Positions 44,041 to 56,892 of a stretch of DNA of 64,000 bases are shown piece by piece. Position numbers and translations under genes: made by a program. The stretch comes from Dictyostelium discoideum. Its lineage: Eukaryota. The notes below the pieces were generated by a model. The model saw only the letters and a list, made by a program, of their open reading frames with translations, was not told the origin of the DNA and made no database searches. The stretch lies in assembly GCA_000004695.1 (NCBI GenBank), contig CM000155.2, positions 1,536,001-1,600,000 of the forward strand. Direction: 5' to 3'. Numbering within the stretch: position 1 is the stretch's first letter; every line of letters starts with the position of its first letter.

Positions 44041-44339
44041 ATTAATATAATAAAATAAATATATAATAATAATAATAATAGTAATATAGTAAACAATGGT
44101 GGATACACAAGCATAAACATATAAAAAAAAAAAAAAAAGGATCGAACCTATCAAAAAAAAAAAAAAAAAAAAAAAAAAAAGAAATAAAATTAATTTTAAA
44201 AATCTAGATTTTCTCTTTTATTCAAAATCTTATTAATCAAATATATATCATTATATTCAAAGGTTTTATAATGGTTGATAAAAGTAATAATAGAAATATC
44301 AATTATAAATAGTAATAATGATTTTATTTAATTATAATA

Positions 44340-44371
<32 letters not shown>

Positions 44372-44432
44372 TTTTGACCACCATTTAAATTATTATTGTT
44401 CCATGACTATTTACATTGATTTTTTCTTTTTT

Positions 44433-44469
<37 letters not shown>

Positions 44470-44487
44470 ATGTTTTAAATTAAGAGT

Positions 44488-44620
44488 TTATTCATTTGGA
44501 CCTTGTAATTCTTGTTCCTTTTTTGAATTAAATCTTCTTGATGGTGATGAATAGGATGATGAAGGAGAAATAGAGTTTTGAGAAGTTACTTGTTCATTGG
44601 ATTTTTCTGTTGAACTTCCA

Positions 44621-44658
<38 letters not shown>

Positions 44659-45002
44659 ATTATTATTGTTATTATTATTATTATTATTAATATTATTATT
44701 TTGTTGATGTTTTGGAATTCTATTTGTATTATATGATTGATGATTAAAATCATATTGAGGATAAGTAACATAAATTGCTCTTTGCTGTTGATGTTGTTGA
44801 TGATTTTGTTGGTGATGTTGTTGATGTTGTTGAGGATAATAAGATTGTCTTCCATAGTTTGAATAACCTAATTGTGGGTAAACTGAATTATTTGTGATTA
44901 TTGGATAATAATAAGAGGAGGAGGATGTTTGAATGTTATTATTATTATGTATAGAATTTGAATATGTTGGAGGGATAGAAGAGGAGATTTGAAAATCATT
45001 GA

Positions 45003-45060
<58 letters not shown>

Positions 45061-46620
45061 ATTAGTATTATTATTATTATAATACTTACTCGATTGATAA
45101 TACTTGGAGGATGAAGTTGTTGAAGATGAAGTCGATTGTTGATGTGCATTGGTTTGATGTGTTGAAGGATTTGGAATTGAACCTTGATGTTGAGTTTGAA
45201 TATGATGGTTTGTAGAATGATGATCATGTTGTTGATAAGGTGGATATGGATATAATACTGGTACCATCATATAATTATGTGGGTAATAGGTTGAGTTTTG
45301 ATGTTGAATAGTTCCATATGGTGACTCACTATAAGGCATTGGATGTTGATAGATTTCATATCCATCTTGAAAGATTGGAGGATGTGGAATACTTTCACCT
45401 CCTGCAGATGATGATATTATAGTACCAGTTGTACGATTGCCATTGCTGTTGTTGTTGTTGCAGTTATTATAATTCATTTCATTAACTGGTGATCCAGGTG
45501 AATTTGATGGTGGGATTGAGTTTGAACTGGCTTGGTTTCCATTATTTAAATGGGATGGAGATAACTGATGGTGATGTGGTTGGACTATAATTACCGATTT
45601 TGGAGGATATTGAGAAAGAATTTGAGGTGGAGAATGCATATGATGTTGGACAATATGCTGAGGTTGTTGATGTTGATTTTGTTGTTGATGTGGATGTTGT
45701 TGTTGCTGTTGTTGTTGTTGTTGTTGCAATCTCTTATTTTGACTATCTGCAATTCTAATATCAACTCTTTTTCCTAAAATTATATGTTGTTGTTCATTAA
45801 GAATTATTTCATTTACACTCTCATCTTTAAAACATATAAAACCAAATCCTTTTATTGTACCATTTTTCTCTGTTAATAAATTATATTCAGAAATTTCACC
45901 AAACTCTGAAAAATAATTATTGAAATCATCTATTTTATAATTAATAAAAAAAAAAAAAAAAAAATTAACCACAATTAATATTTTATTTATTTAGAAATAG
46001 TGAGTTTAATAATATAAAAATATTCTTACCAGATGTTATATGCTTTGGTAAACCACCAACAAATAATTTTTGTTTTTTTGGTTCTTCAGTCATTTCTTCT
46101 TTTGGAATTGCTCTTCGAATCTCTACATTTTTACCTTCAATACTATGATTAATTAATATAACTTCATCTATCACTGATGGGTCAACAAAGGTTACAAATC
46201 CAAATCCTCTACTTTTACTTGCTTTTTCTGTTGCCTTTATGACGATTGACTCTTTTACTTCACCAAAATTTGAAAAATAATCTTTTAATATTTCTATTTT
46301 TATTTTTTATTTTTATTTTAATTAAGAAGAAAATTTTATTTTTTGATTTTAATTATTTTTTTTAATTATTTTTTAAAATTCGTATTAATAGATAAAAATT
46401 ATTAGATTGACTATTTTTTTATATGTGTGTGGTAAAAAATTTTTTTTTGTTTTGATAATAATTACCATTTGATGAAGTTTTTAATAAACCCCCAACAAAG
46501 ATTTTTCCAGAAATTGATTTTGGTAAAGATAAATTACTACCCTCTTCATCATTATTGTTGTTATTTTCAATATGGTTTTTATCACTATCATTATTATTAA
46601 TATTATTGTTGTTATTGTTA

Positions 46621-46652
<32 letters not shown>

Positions 46653-46823
46653 TTCATAATTATTGATATTTGTATTTGATTTATTATCATTATTTTCAAT
46701 ATTGATATCATTAAAATTATTTAAAAGAATTTCATCATTTTGTTCAATTGTTTCATTTTTTTCATTATTATTGTTTTTATCATTTGAATTGATATTGTGG
46801 TGGTCAATGTTATTGTTATCCAT
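44488..46823 (-). CDS. hnRNP A/B- or Musashi-like RNA-binding protein with two RRMs, 3 exons (46823..46466, 46293..46030, 45928..44488)
   Basis: RRM1 is split by intron 1: KIFVGGLLKTSSN | EILKDYFSNFGEVKESIVIKATEKASKSRGFGFVTF. RRM2 is KLFVGGLPKHITS | DDFNNYFSEFGEISEYNLL...KGFGFICF. Both donors are phase 1 (GTAATT, GTAAGA). The N-terminus is Asn-rich. The C-terminal tail of about 400 residues is rich in Gln, His, Tyr, Asn and Pro. Confidence 0.8.
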
Positions 46824-47123
46824 TTTTTTTTTTTTTTTTTTATAAATTATTTTATATTTATAAGATAAATAAAATTTAGTTGTTTTTTTTTTTTCTATTT
46901 TTTTTTTTTTTATATTTTACTGAACAAAAAAAAAAAAAGAAGAATAAAAAAAAATAAATTATAAAAAATAAAAAAATAAATTAATTTAATAAACTGTTTA
47001 ATTTTTTTTATTATTTTAAATTAAATTATTATTCTTATTATTATTATTATTTAAAATTATTCATATATAAATATTATTAATATAATTATTTTTTTAAACA
47101 AATAAAAGTAAAATAAGATAATT

Positions 47124-47159
<36 letters not shown>

Positions 47160-47729
47160 AAAATTATTATTATTATTTTATTTGTAGCTGATTGATGCAA
47201 AAATAAATTTTCATACAAACAAAATTCTACTAATTCTTATTTTTATAATTGTATTTGTATTTGTTTTTGATTTAAATTTTACAAAAAAAAAAAAAATAAT
47301 AATAATAATTATAATGAAAAAGATTATTTGATTTTTTATTATTATTATAAGTTTTTATTATTTTTTTTTTTTAAAACTAAAATTTTTTTTATTTTTTTTT
47401 TTTATGTTTTATTATCTAAAGAAAATTATTTTTTTTTTATTTTTTTTTTTTTGAAAATATTAATTTTCCTTTTATATTAATTAAAATATAAAAAAAAAAA
47501 AATAGAATTTTAAATTATGATCTTGGTACTAAACTTGGAATTTTAAAAAAAAAAATTGAAAAGGGGAAATCGCACATAACCCTTTGATTCATATGAATTT
47601 TAATAATAAATTGTAGATTTAAATAAATAAAGAATTAATTAATTTAAAAATCCAAAAAAGGTAATCTGTTTTTTTTTATCCCCTTTTTTTTATTTTTTTT
47701 TTATTTTATTTTAATTTTAAAATGTTCTT

Positions 47730-48311
47730 TTAATCCAAAATGGAACCTAAATATGGATTATTATAGGTATTATTATTATTTTGATTATTATTATTATTAT
47801 TTTGATTATTATAATTATTGTAGGAATTATTTAATGGTGGTGGTTGGTTATATAAATTTTGTTGATATGGTTGTTGGTATGGTTGTTGATATGGTTGCTG
47901 GTATGGTTGTTGTGGTTGTTGTTGTTGCTGATTATAGGGTGATGGAACTGGAATATTATAAACAGCTTTTTGATTACTATATAATAAAGGTGGTGGAGAC
48001 ATCATTGGTTGTAAAGGTTGTTGAAGTGCAAAATTTGTTGGTTGATAAACAGATTGGGGAATTGGTTGTAAAGGTGGTGGTTGTGATTGATAAACAGATT
48101 GGGGAATTGGTTGTAAAGGAGGTGGCTCTCTACTTTGATAACCATTACTACTATTACCCCATGAATCGATTAATTGTAAATCATGATTAATTGGTTGTGG
48201 TGGTGGTTGTTGTAATTGTTGATTATAGTTTGAATTTGGATTTAAATTACTTTGATGAATTGGTTGTAATGGTGGAGGACCGCTATTATAAAGATTTGAA
48301 TTATATTGAGG

Positions 48312-48394
<83 letters not shown>

Positions 48395-48653
48395 GATATT
48401 GAGTTGAATTTTGATTCGGTATTAATAATTCCATTTTTGATTGATTACTATTATTATTTTCATTAAAAGATTGTGGAACTGGTGAAGATCTACCTTTTCT
48501 TGGATCAAATTGATCATCAAAAATTGGTGAATGAGCACCTGATGGTGATGATGAGCTACCAATACTATTAGTATTATTAAATGAGGATGATGGAGAGGAA
48601 GATATTTTTCTTCCACCACCGGATCCGGTCATCTTTTGAAGGTTAACTGTTTC

Positions 48654-48702
<49 letters not shown>

Positions 48703-51700
48703 GTTGGTGGTATTTGAATTGGTTGAGGTAACATTGGTAATGGACGTCCTGATGATAATTTTCTTGGAGGAACACCATTACTACCACCACTTGCAACAAG
48801 TGTATTATTACTGTTATTAATATTATTATTATTATTATTATTATTACTATTTAATGAATTCTTTCTAGTTGTAGTTACATTTACAAGTTCTTGGTGATGT
48901 TGTTGTTGTTGAATGGTATTATTATTAGTATTACTAATTTGATTGGTTGAAGTTATTTGATATTGAATATTTGTTGTATTTGATCTACCTTTTTGTAAAT
49001 TTGGAGTTGAAGCAGATTGTTTAATTAGTGTAAGTTGTTCAAATTCTTTAGTGATTAAATTTGCACCATCTTTACCATTTTGATTAGTTGTGTTGATAAG
49101 ATTATTGGTACTTTGAGAGGTAGTGATGAATTGTGAAGATTTTTGTTCGTATAATTCTTGACGTAATGTTCTTTCTTTATCTTTATCGATTTTAGTGACT
49201 TCCAATTGAAAGTAAGAACTTACAGGTCTATGATCAGAAGCTAAAATCTCTTGTCTATGATAATAGAGTTGACGTAAATCATGATGAACTTTATTACTCC
49301 AAACGATTCTATCAGTCCAAGCTGGTGATCTTTGTTTTTGAGAAGTATCATATTGAGTGCTATTTAAATCATACTTATAAGTTGGAGGGAAAGCGATTGT
49401 CTCCTCCCTATAACCATTGAAAACTCTACCTGCTTCCATACATTTTCTAAGTTGATCATAGTTGTAAAGTTTTGGAAACTGTTGATCATAGACACATCTT
49501 CTAATTTCTTCATCGGGTAAGTCAATTCTAAAATTGAAATCACCCAACCAAAATGAATAATCTGAATCAGAGACCTTGAATTGACCTTGACGACCAAAGG
49601 CCAATGTTGAATCGATCTCACGGAAATCGGAAATACGATCTTCAACATTGGATTGACCAGCAGCGAAATGAGCCGTGACAAAGGTGAAGGAGGTATCGCT
49701 GAACAATAAACGTACACCAATTCCACCCTTATTACCAGCCAAGCCATTCATACCACATTTGACATTTTGAATTTGTACCTCTCTAAAATAGTGTATTGCA
49801 TCCTCACGTACATAGATTGCCATTAATAAACCTACCAATTGTGATGATTGTAATTTGATATACTTTACATTGGGTGATACTTTTGGAAGTGCACGTTCGA
49901 TTGCATCCTCCCATTGTTTACCAATGGATGAATCTGTTGCTAAAATCTGACCAGCCGTTAACTCCACCACCTCTTGTAGACCTAAAACGTAGAAATCCGG
50001 TGTTGGACAATTGGCACCATCAGGTCTTAACCATTGTACCAAATCAAAGTATGATGAATGTACACCACCAACATTATAAGTACCAACGAAAACATTCCTC
50101 CATTCTTTTTTCGAATATTCTTTAACTCTATCTTGAACTTGTTTTCTAATATTATCATCATGACCACTACCATTACCACCATTACCACCATTACCATTAT
50201 TACTATTATTGACAACCATTGATTTATGTAAACCTAACAATAGATCTAACACATCCTGTCTACCTGGATCTTTGAAATTATTGATATAGAAACGAGTCAT
50301 TGTTTTTTTACCATCTGCCAACATACCCATTATACCATAATCACCCTCACGTGTTAACGTTGATTTCAATGAACCTGAACCTGCATATTGAATCGACAAT
50401 GCATCACCATTATCTGCCCATGTTGTCTTTAATGTTTGTGATACACGTGGATAACTACCAATAGAATCATGACCTCTAAATAATCCTAACTTTCTTAGTT
50501 GACTTTCAAATAATACCCAACTAACTCTTGATTGTACAATATTAGTTCTATCCAAACAATCTTTACAATTTGTACGAATTATACCATTTTGTTTTGAAAT
50601 GATTTGACCATTTGAATTTTGAAAGAAATAACCAACAATTTTTTCACTAACGCCACCAGTGGTACCACCACCACCACTAATTGATTGATTATCAATATAA
50701 TTAATTAAAGAATCTAAAGGATCCATTCTATTACCTTTGGTTTGTTCATTTAAATCGAAATGATTATAGAAAACTTGTGGTGAACGTAATATTCTAATTT
50801 GTTCTTCATAAGCATTTACAAGATCACATTCACCTGATTTCAATTTTGAGAGTAAATTAACGATTACAATATTACCATACTTTTTAGTTTGTTCTTTAAG
50901 ATGCAATTGAAAAGCTGGTGTTGTCGCTTGAGTATTTCTAGCGATTGTAATCTTCTTTTTACTAATTTTACCAATTTTCGATAGATTCGACATTTTAATC
51001 TTTAGATCAGACATTTGTGGTGATGATTGATTCCAAAACACTGGTACAGAACCTCTAATTTGTAAGAATGCCAAAACACCATAACTTTCAATCGATAAGA
51101 TTTGTTCAGATTCACAAAAGTTTGCAACATTACCATCATCATCGATACCACGTGTAACGAATCTAGTACCAGCTCTAAAACGACTTCTTCTCGAAATCAA
51201 TGTGTAAACTACATTCTTTCCTTGAATATGACCGAGATGATCGGATACTACAAAACCTTGTATAATTGGGAAACACCAATCGTATAATCTATATGCTATG
51301 AAATCCTTTTGTAAATATTTATTCCAATAGAATCGCTTATCAACACGTTCCCATACTGGTAAATCCGATTTTGGCTCCAAACATTGACTTTGATAAGTAC
51401 GAGTTATATCAAAACTACTATTTGGTGGTGTCCAATAAAAGTGTCCACTATTCAATAAATTCATAACTTGAACATATGGTCTATCATCTTCTTTTGATTC
51501 TCCATTACCACTACCACCTCCACCACCACCTCCTCCTATTGATATATGCCCTCTACCAGTTTGAAATGATATAAAATCTGTACATCTAATCTTTCTAATA
51601 ACATTTGGTTGTCCTTGAAATTGAAAATTTGCCGCTATATCACTTTCAGTTACAACTACTAAATAACATTCTATTATTTTTTATTATAAAAAAAAAAAAC

Positions 51701-51718
51701 TATTAGAATTTTCTAAAA

Positions 51719-51803
<85 letters not shown>

Positions 51804-52013
51804 TATTTACTTACCATTTACTAATCTAAATATACCTAAAACACAATAAACTGATCTTTCAGATCTTAATGATTGATCAATTTGATCTGGTTGTATTATA
51901 TCGATTTTAGATGGATCTCTTCTATTAATTACTAATGCTTTACTATGTAAAGAATCTCTTTTAATTATAAAACTTTGTGTTGTTATAAAAATTCTAAATG
52001 TATTATCTGCCAT
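47730..52013 (-). CDS. Synaptojanin-like inositol polyphosphate 5-phosphatase with an N-terminal Sac1 domain (candidate Dd5P3), 2 exons (52013..51815, 51670..47730)
   Basis: Exon 1 (MADNTFRIFITTQ...GIFRLVN) ends at a GTAAGT donor in phase 1. Its intron carries an (AAT)n array. Exon 2 holds the Sac catalytic CX5R(T/S) motif RTNCKDCLDRTNIVQ and 5-phosphatase motifs WLGDFNFRIDL and PAWTDRIVW. A Gln/Asn/Pro-rich tail of about 480 residues follows, including a (CAA)n tract. Confidence 0.85.
51719..51802. repeat. (AAT)n microsatellite, about 28 units, in the intron of the synaptojanin-like gene
   Basis: Perfect trinucleotide array lying between the GTAAGT donor at 51814 and the AG acceptor at 51671. 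Confidence 0.9.
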
Positions 52014-52280
52014 TGCACATCTATTTCTCTTTTTAATTTTATATTATATTTGTATATATATATTTATTTTCGCTTTATAAAATTATTATTATTATTATTA
52101 TTATTTGTATTTAGGTATATGGTTTATTTTTTGCAATGAACTTGAGAATAAAGAGTTTATTTTTTTGAAAAAACAAAAAAAAAAAAAATAAAATAAAATG
52201 AAATTTTAAAAAAACAATAAATAAAATAAAAAAGGTATTTTTTACTATTTTACACTGTATGGATAAATAGGGTATAAATA

Positions 52281-52317
<37 letters not shown>

Positions 52318-52345
52318 TAATAAAACAAAAATTAATATCCAAATA

Positions 52346-52358
52346 TTATTATTACTAC

Positions 52359-52418
<60 letters not shown>
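52346..52418. repeat. (TTA)n microsatellite, about 24 units, intergenic
   Basis: Perfect array at the start of a 3-kb AT-rich desert. Confidence 0.9.
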
Positions 52419-53073
52419 GGTTAATTCTACAATTATACTTTTTAAGTATTTATTACTATTTTAAAAAAAAATATACTATTATTATTATTGTCGTTTTTTA
52501 TTTAAATAATAATATTTTTATGTGTAGATATTATTATTTGTTTTTTAACCCAAATATTTTTTTTTTTTTTTTTTTTAAATTTTTTTTTTTTTTTTTTTTA
52601 ATTTTAAATTTTTAAAAAAAAAAAAAAAAAAAATTAAAATATTTCAATTACTTCAACGAAGAAAAATTAATTTTTTTTTTTTTTTTTTTTTTCAAACAAC
52701 ATTTCCGAAACATTTTTCTGGATCGATTTATTAATTTTAAAATTTTGTGGGGGTAATATTGTATATTTTTAGATTTGTTTTATATATAAAAATGAAAAAA
52801 AATATTAAAATAAAAACTATGAATAATATGAGGTAATATTTTTATTATTCATTATAATAATAAAAATATTTTTAATTATTAAACTAAGTTTTTTTTTTTT
52901 TTTTTTTTTTTTCCAAAAATTTTAAAAATAAAATAAAAAAAATTAAAATAAAATATTATAAATTAAATTAAAATACCAAATTAATTGAAATAAATTGAAT
53001 TTTTTTAAAATAAATTAAACCAAAATAAAATAAAATGAAATGATATAAAATGAATAAAATAAAATTATCTTCC

Positions 53074-53106
<33 letters not shown>

Positions 53107-53542
53107 ATAAAATAAAAATAATAATAAAATAAAAAAATAAATAGAATCAATTATTTTAATAAAATAGGGACAAAAATGAATATATATAAATGTAAAAATA
53201 TTTTTTTAAGTTTACAACTTTTGTAACTTTATTTTTTTTTTTTTTTTTTTATATTGAAATTGATAATAACAGGAATAAGGAAATTATTAAAAAATAATTA
53301 TAAAAAGTTTTAAAAATAGAAGGTTCCTATTAATTTTTAGTAGTTAATCTTTTTTTTTTTTTCAAAATTGAATTTGTATTGGTTAATTTTAAAAAATCTA
53401 TTATTATTACAATTTTTTTTTTATTTTTGTTTCTATTTATTATAACAACAAACAAATATATCAATCAAAAATAGAATTTTTTTAATAGTTTGATGAATTT
53501 GTGCACATATAATAGTTGAAATTACTATTAATATTTCTGTGA

Positions 53543-53585
53543 AATGTGTGTTTGTGTGTGTGTGTGTGTGTTTGTGCGTGTGGGT
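53543..53585. repeat. (GT)n dinucleotide microsatellite, imperfect, about 20 units
   Basis: Reads tgtgtgtttgtgtgtgtgtgtgtgtgtttgtgcgtgtgggttg. It is conspicuous in a genome that is otherwise 90 percent A+T locally. Confidence 0.85.
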
Positions 53586-53815
53586 TGTTTTTTTTTTTTT
53601 TTTTTTGCCATGCCAATTAAATTATTTTTAGGATTTACTGCTATATGAAATGTGCAAAATATAATAAATTTAAAAAATGATAAAATATTTGTCAACCCAC
53701 ACATAAATCATACATTACATATATAATGTATGTATGTAAATATTTACATTTAATTTTTTTTTTTTTTTTTTTTTTTCAATTATAATAATTATTTTTATTT
53801 TTATTTTTAATTATT

Positions 53816-53846
<31 letters not shown>

Positions 53847-54143
53847 GGGAATATAATTAAAGGTTTTTTTTTTTTTTTGTGTATATTTTTATTTCCTTTT
53901 CAATCATTAATCAAACTTATTTAAATAATTAAGATAATAAAAAGGATTAACAAATCTTTGTTTCATTGAGCAAACACTGTATGTATAATTAAATTAACAA
54001 ATTTTAAAAATAAAAATAATAAATAAAATAAAAATTTAAAAAAAAAAAAAAAGAGTGACACATCATAAAAATCTACCCTAAAAATAATAGTAATAAAATT
54101 TTTTTTAATTATTATAATTAATAAAATTAAAATTAAAAATATT

Positions 54144-54177
<34 letters not shown>

Positions 54178-55187
54178 TTATTTTGGTTTATTATAAATTT
54201 AAAAAAAACTATTTAATTTGTATAAAAATAACCCAAAACATAAAATAATTAAAATAAGTAATAGCATAAGTCATATAAAAGTAATAAAAAAAAAATATAT
54301 AACTATTAGTTTTTTATTTTTTCCCCATTAAAAAAAAAAAAGTGTTTAAAAAAAAAATTTATACATTTTAACTATTTTAACTATTTTTTATTTAATTACA
54401 TATAACCCAATAACATATAAAAACAATTATTTTTTTTTTAATTTATTTCTTTATTTATTTATTTTTTTTTTTTTTTTTTTTTTTCAATAACCACACAAAA
54501 AAAAAAAAAAAAAATCTACTTTGCCTTTTAAAATGATACAATTTATATCAAACTGAGCAAATACCAATCCCTAATTTAGTATTATTGTTATGAATATCAT
54601 CATAACCTCCACCACAACCACTCACTACTACTATTACTACTACCACCACACCCCAACTAAATATTCCAAAAAATAATAATTATTATATCAACGGCAATCA
54701 AAATTAATTTTAAATAATCAAAAAAGATTTAAACAATTAAAATATTTTTTTAAAAAAAAAAAATCATAAATGTGGTTTTTTTTATTTAACTAAATGTGTT
54801 TGTATTTAATTGTACAGATAAAACAATTATTTTATTGGTATTATATTATATTTTTTAACTATTCATTTTTTTTTTTTTTTGTTATTTTTATTTTTATGTT
54901 TATAATTGTTTTTTATTTTTATTTTATCATTATCTATTTATTTATTTTTTTTAAAAAAAATTTTAATTATTATTTTCTCTTGATATATCTTTGTAAATAA
55001 TTAATATTTTATTTTATTTATATTTTATTTATATTTTATTTTTATTTATTTTATTTTTTTAAAAAAAATTTCTTAAAAAAAAAAATATATTATTAATTAA
55101 AAAAAAAAAAAAAAAGAATATATTATTTCTATACAATCAAATATATATATAGATTTTTTAATAAAATATAAAAAAAAAAGAAATACA

Positions 55188-55934
55188 ATGGATTCACCAA
55201 TAATGAATAGAGTAATTGGAAATACTAGTAATACTACATTACAACTTCAAGATAGAGTTGATGAATTAGAAAAAAGAAATAACTTTTTAGAAAAGGAATT
55301 AGAACATTACAAGAATGAATTAGCATCAACCAGAAAGATTTTAACAGAGAGGGATAATTTATTGTTACAACTTCAATGGGATGAAGATGATAAAGAATTG
55401 GATGCCGATGCACAAAAGAAAAAGAGATCAAAAGAACGTGTTGCCAATGAAGAACGTCAACAAATCACTCGTTTAAGATCACAAATGAAAATTATGGAAA
55501 CTGCATTAGAAGAAAGGGATACAAACATTCATAAACTTCATAAAGAATTGAGTGATTCAAAAATTCAATACCAAGTGACCGTTGATTCTCTTGCTCAAGG
55601 TAGAGATGCCCCAGTTAGAAGTAAAACAAGTTGGGGTTTTAAATCATCACCATCCTCTTCACCAATGGTTTATAAACCTTCTTATTCCGCAAGTCCAATT
55701 CAAAGTGAAAAACAATATTCAGTTGCTCCTTCTCCTGCCAATTCTCCTGCAATGAGTTCTCCAAATTTCGCTTCCTCTTCTTCAACTTCTTCTGGTTCAC
55801 CTTCAATGATGGAATTTGATTATAATAATCATCCAAAGAAATTAAACAAAAAAGGTAGTATCTTTAATTTCAGAAAATCAAAGAAATCACCAATTATTCA
55901 AGATACAAATTGGGCAACTCAATCTGCACATTAA
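55188..55934 (+). CDS. Hypothetical coiled-coil protein (248 aa)
   Basis: A single ORF with a good start context (acaATGg). The N-terminal 130 aa has heptad-like charged periodicity (LEKRNNFLEKELEHYKNELASTRK...). The C-terminal half is Ser/Pro-rich. The surrounding sequence is very AT-rich intergenic DNA. Confidence 0.5.
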   Translation: MDSPIMNRVIGNTSNTTLQLQDRVDELEKRNNFLEKELEHYKNELASTRKILTERDNLLLQLQWDEDDKELDADAQKKKRSKERVANEERQQITRLRSQMKIMETALEERDTNIHKLHKELSDSKIQYQVTVDSLAQGRDAPVRSKTSWGFKSSPSSSPMVYKPSYSASPIQSEKQYSVAPSPANSPAMSSPNFASSSSTSSGSPSMMEFDYNNHPKKLNKKGSIFNFRKSKKSPIIQDTNWATQSAH

Positions 55935-56144
55935 AAAAAAAAAAAAAAAAAAAACTAAAAAAAAAAACTAAAAAAAGAAACCCAATACAAACATGTAATT
56001 AAACAATTACACTATTTGTAAAAAAAAAACAATATTAATAATAAAAATAACTGTATAAACAATCTCTTTTTTTTTCTTTTTCTTTTTATATTTTTTAAAT
56101 TTAATTACTTTTTTTATTTATATTTATTGATTCGTATAAAATAT

Positions 56145-56892
56145 TTAAGCAACTAAGATACAAGCACCACCGACAGCTTTGATTTTCTTTTCAGCGACTT
56201 TAGAGAAATAACGAGCTTTGACGATGATTGGTTGAGTTGGGAGGATACCGTGACCTAAAACTTTGAAGAAACCTTTTTGGGTGACATCAACAACTGGAGC
56301 AGTACCGTCATTCTTGGCAGCTAATGATTTTCTGACGGATTCTGGGACTAAAGTCCAGATCTTTTCTAATGAGACGGTTGGACAATGGTATTGGTTTCTT
56401 AATAAATGGAAATGTCTCATACCTAATTTACCGAAATAACCTGGATGGTATTTGTCAAAGTTAATTCTGTGATGAGTGAGACCACCAGCATTACCACGAC
56501 CACCTGGATGCTTTCTGTGTTTACCAACACGACCGTAACCGGCACAAACGTCACCTCTTGATTTTCTATGCTTACTGAATCTGGTTGGCTAAATTTTAAT
56601 TATTATTATTAATTTTACATATTAGTCACTATTCTTTGTTTTGGTGTATTTTGTTTTTCATATATTTTCAAATGTAATATGAATCATAGTTTTGGTTCAA
56701 ATGTATAGTATTATTGATGTTTGATTTTGTTGTATTGGGTTTGATGATTGGTTGATAAAGGATTAACTATTTATTCTTTGACTAATTATCATTAATCTTT
56801 ATCAATCTTTTATCAATGAATGAATTCTAAATACATGACACCTAAACTAAAAAAAATATCATATACACATAGATACATGATATATATAATCC
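56145..56892 (-). CDS. rpl27a: 60S ribosomal protein L27a (uL15), 2 exons: an ATG-only exon 1 (56892..56890) and exon 2 (56586..56145)
   Basis: Exon 2 encodes [72 protein letters not shown]...VGGACILVA, matching RPL27A residue by residue from position 2. The only in-phase Met is an isolated ATG immediately followed by a GTGAGT donor at 56889. The acceptor is TTTAG|CCAACC at 56587. Confidence 0.85.

Noticed and set aside
45960-46030. Apparent 1-nt frame discrepancy between my manual translation and the ORF track near 46020 and near 13110
   Set aside because: Most likely my miscount of a homopolymer or near-homopolymer run, and not a biological frameshift. Reported coordinates there carry an uncertainty of about 1-2 nt.
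56591-56889. Intronic box C/D snoRNA in the rpl27a intron
   Set aside because: The only UGAUGA-like string (ttgatgattgg) is on the antisense strand relative to the host gene, and no properly spaced CUGA D box with terminal stem was found. It is kept only as a low-probability point to check.
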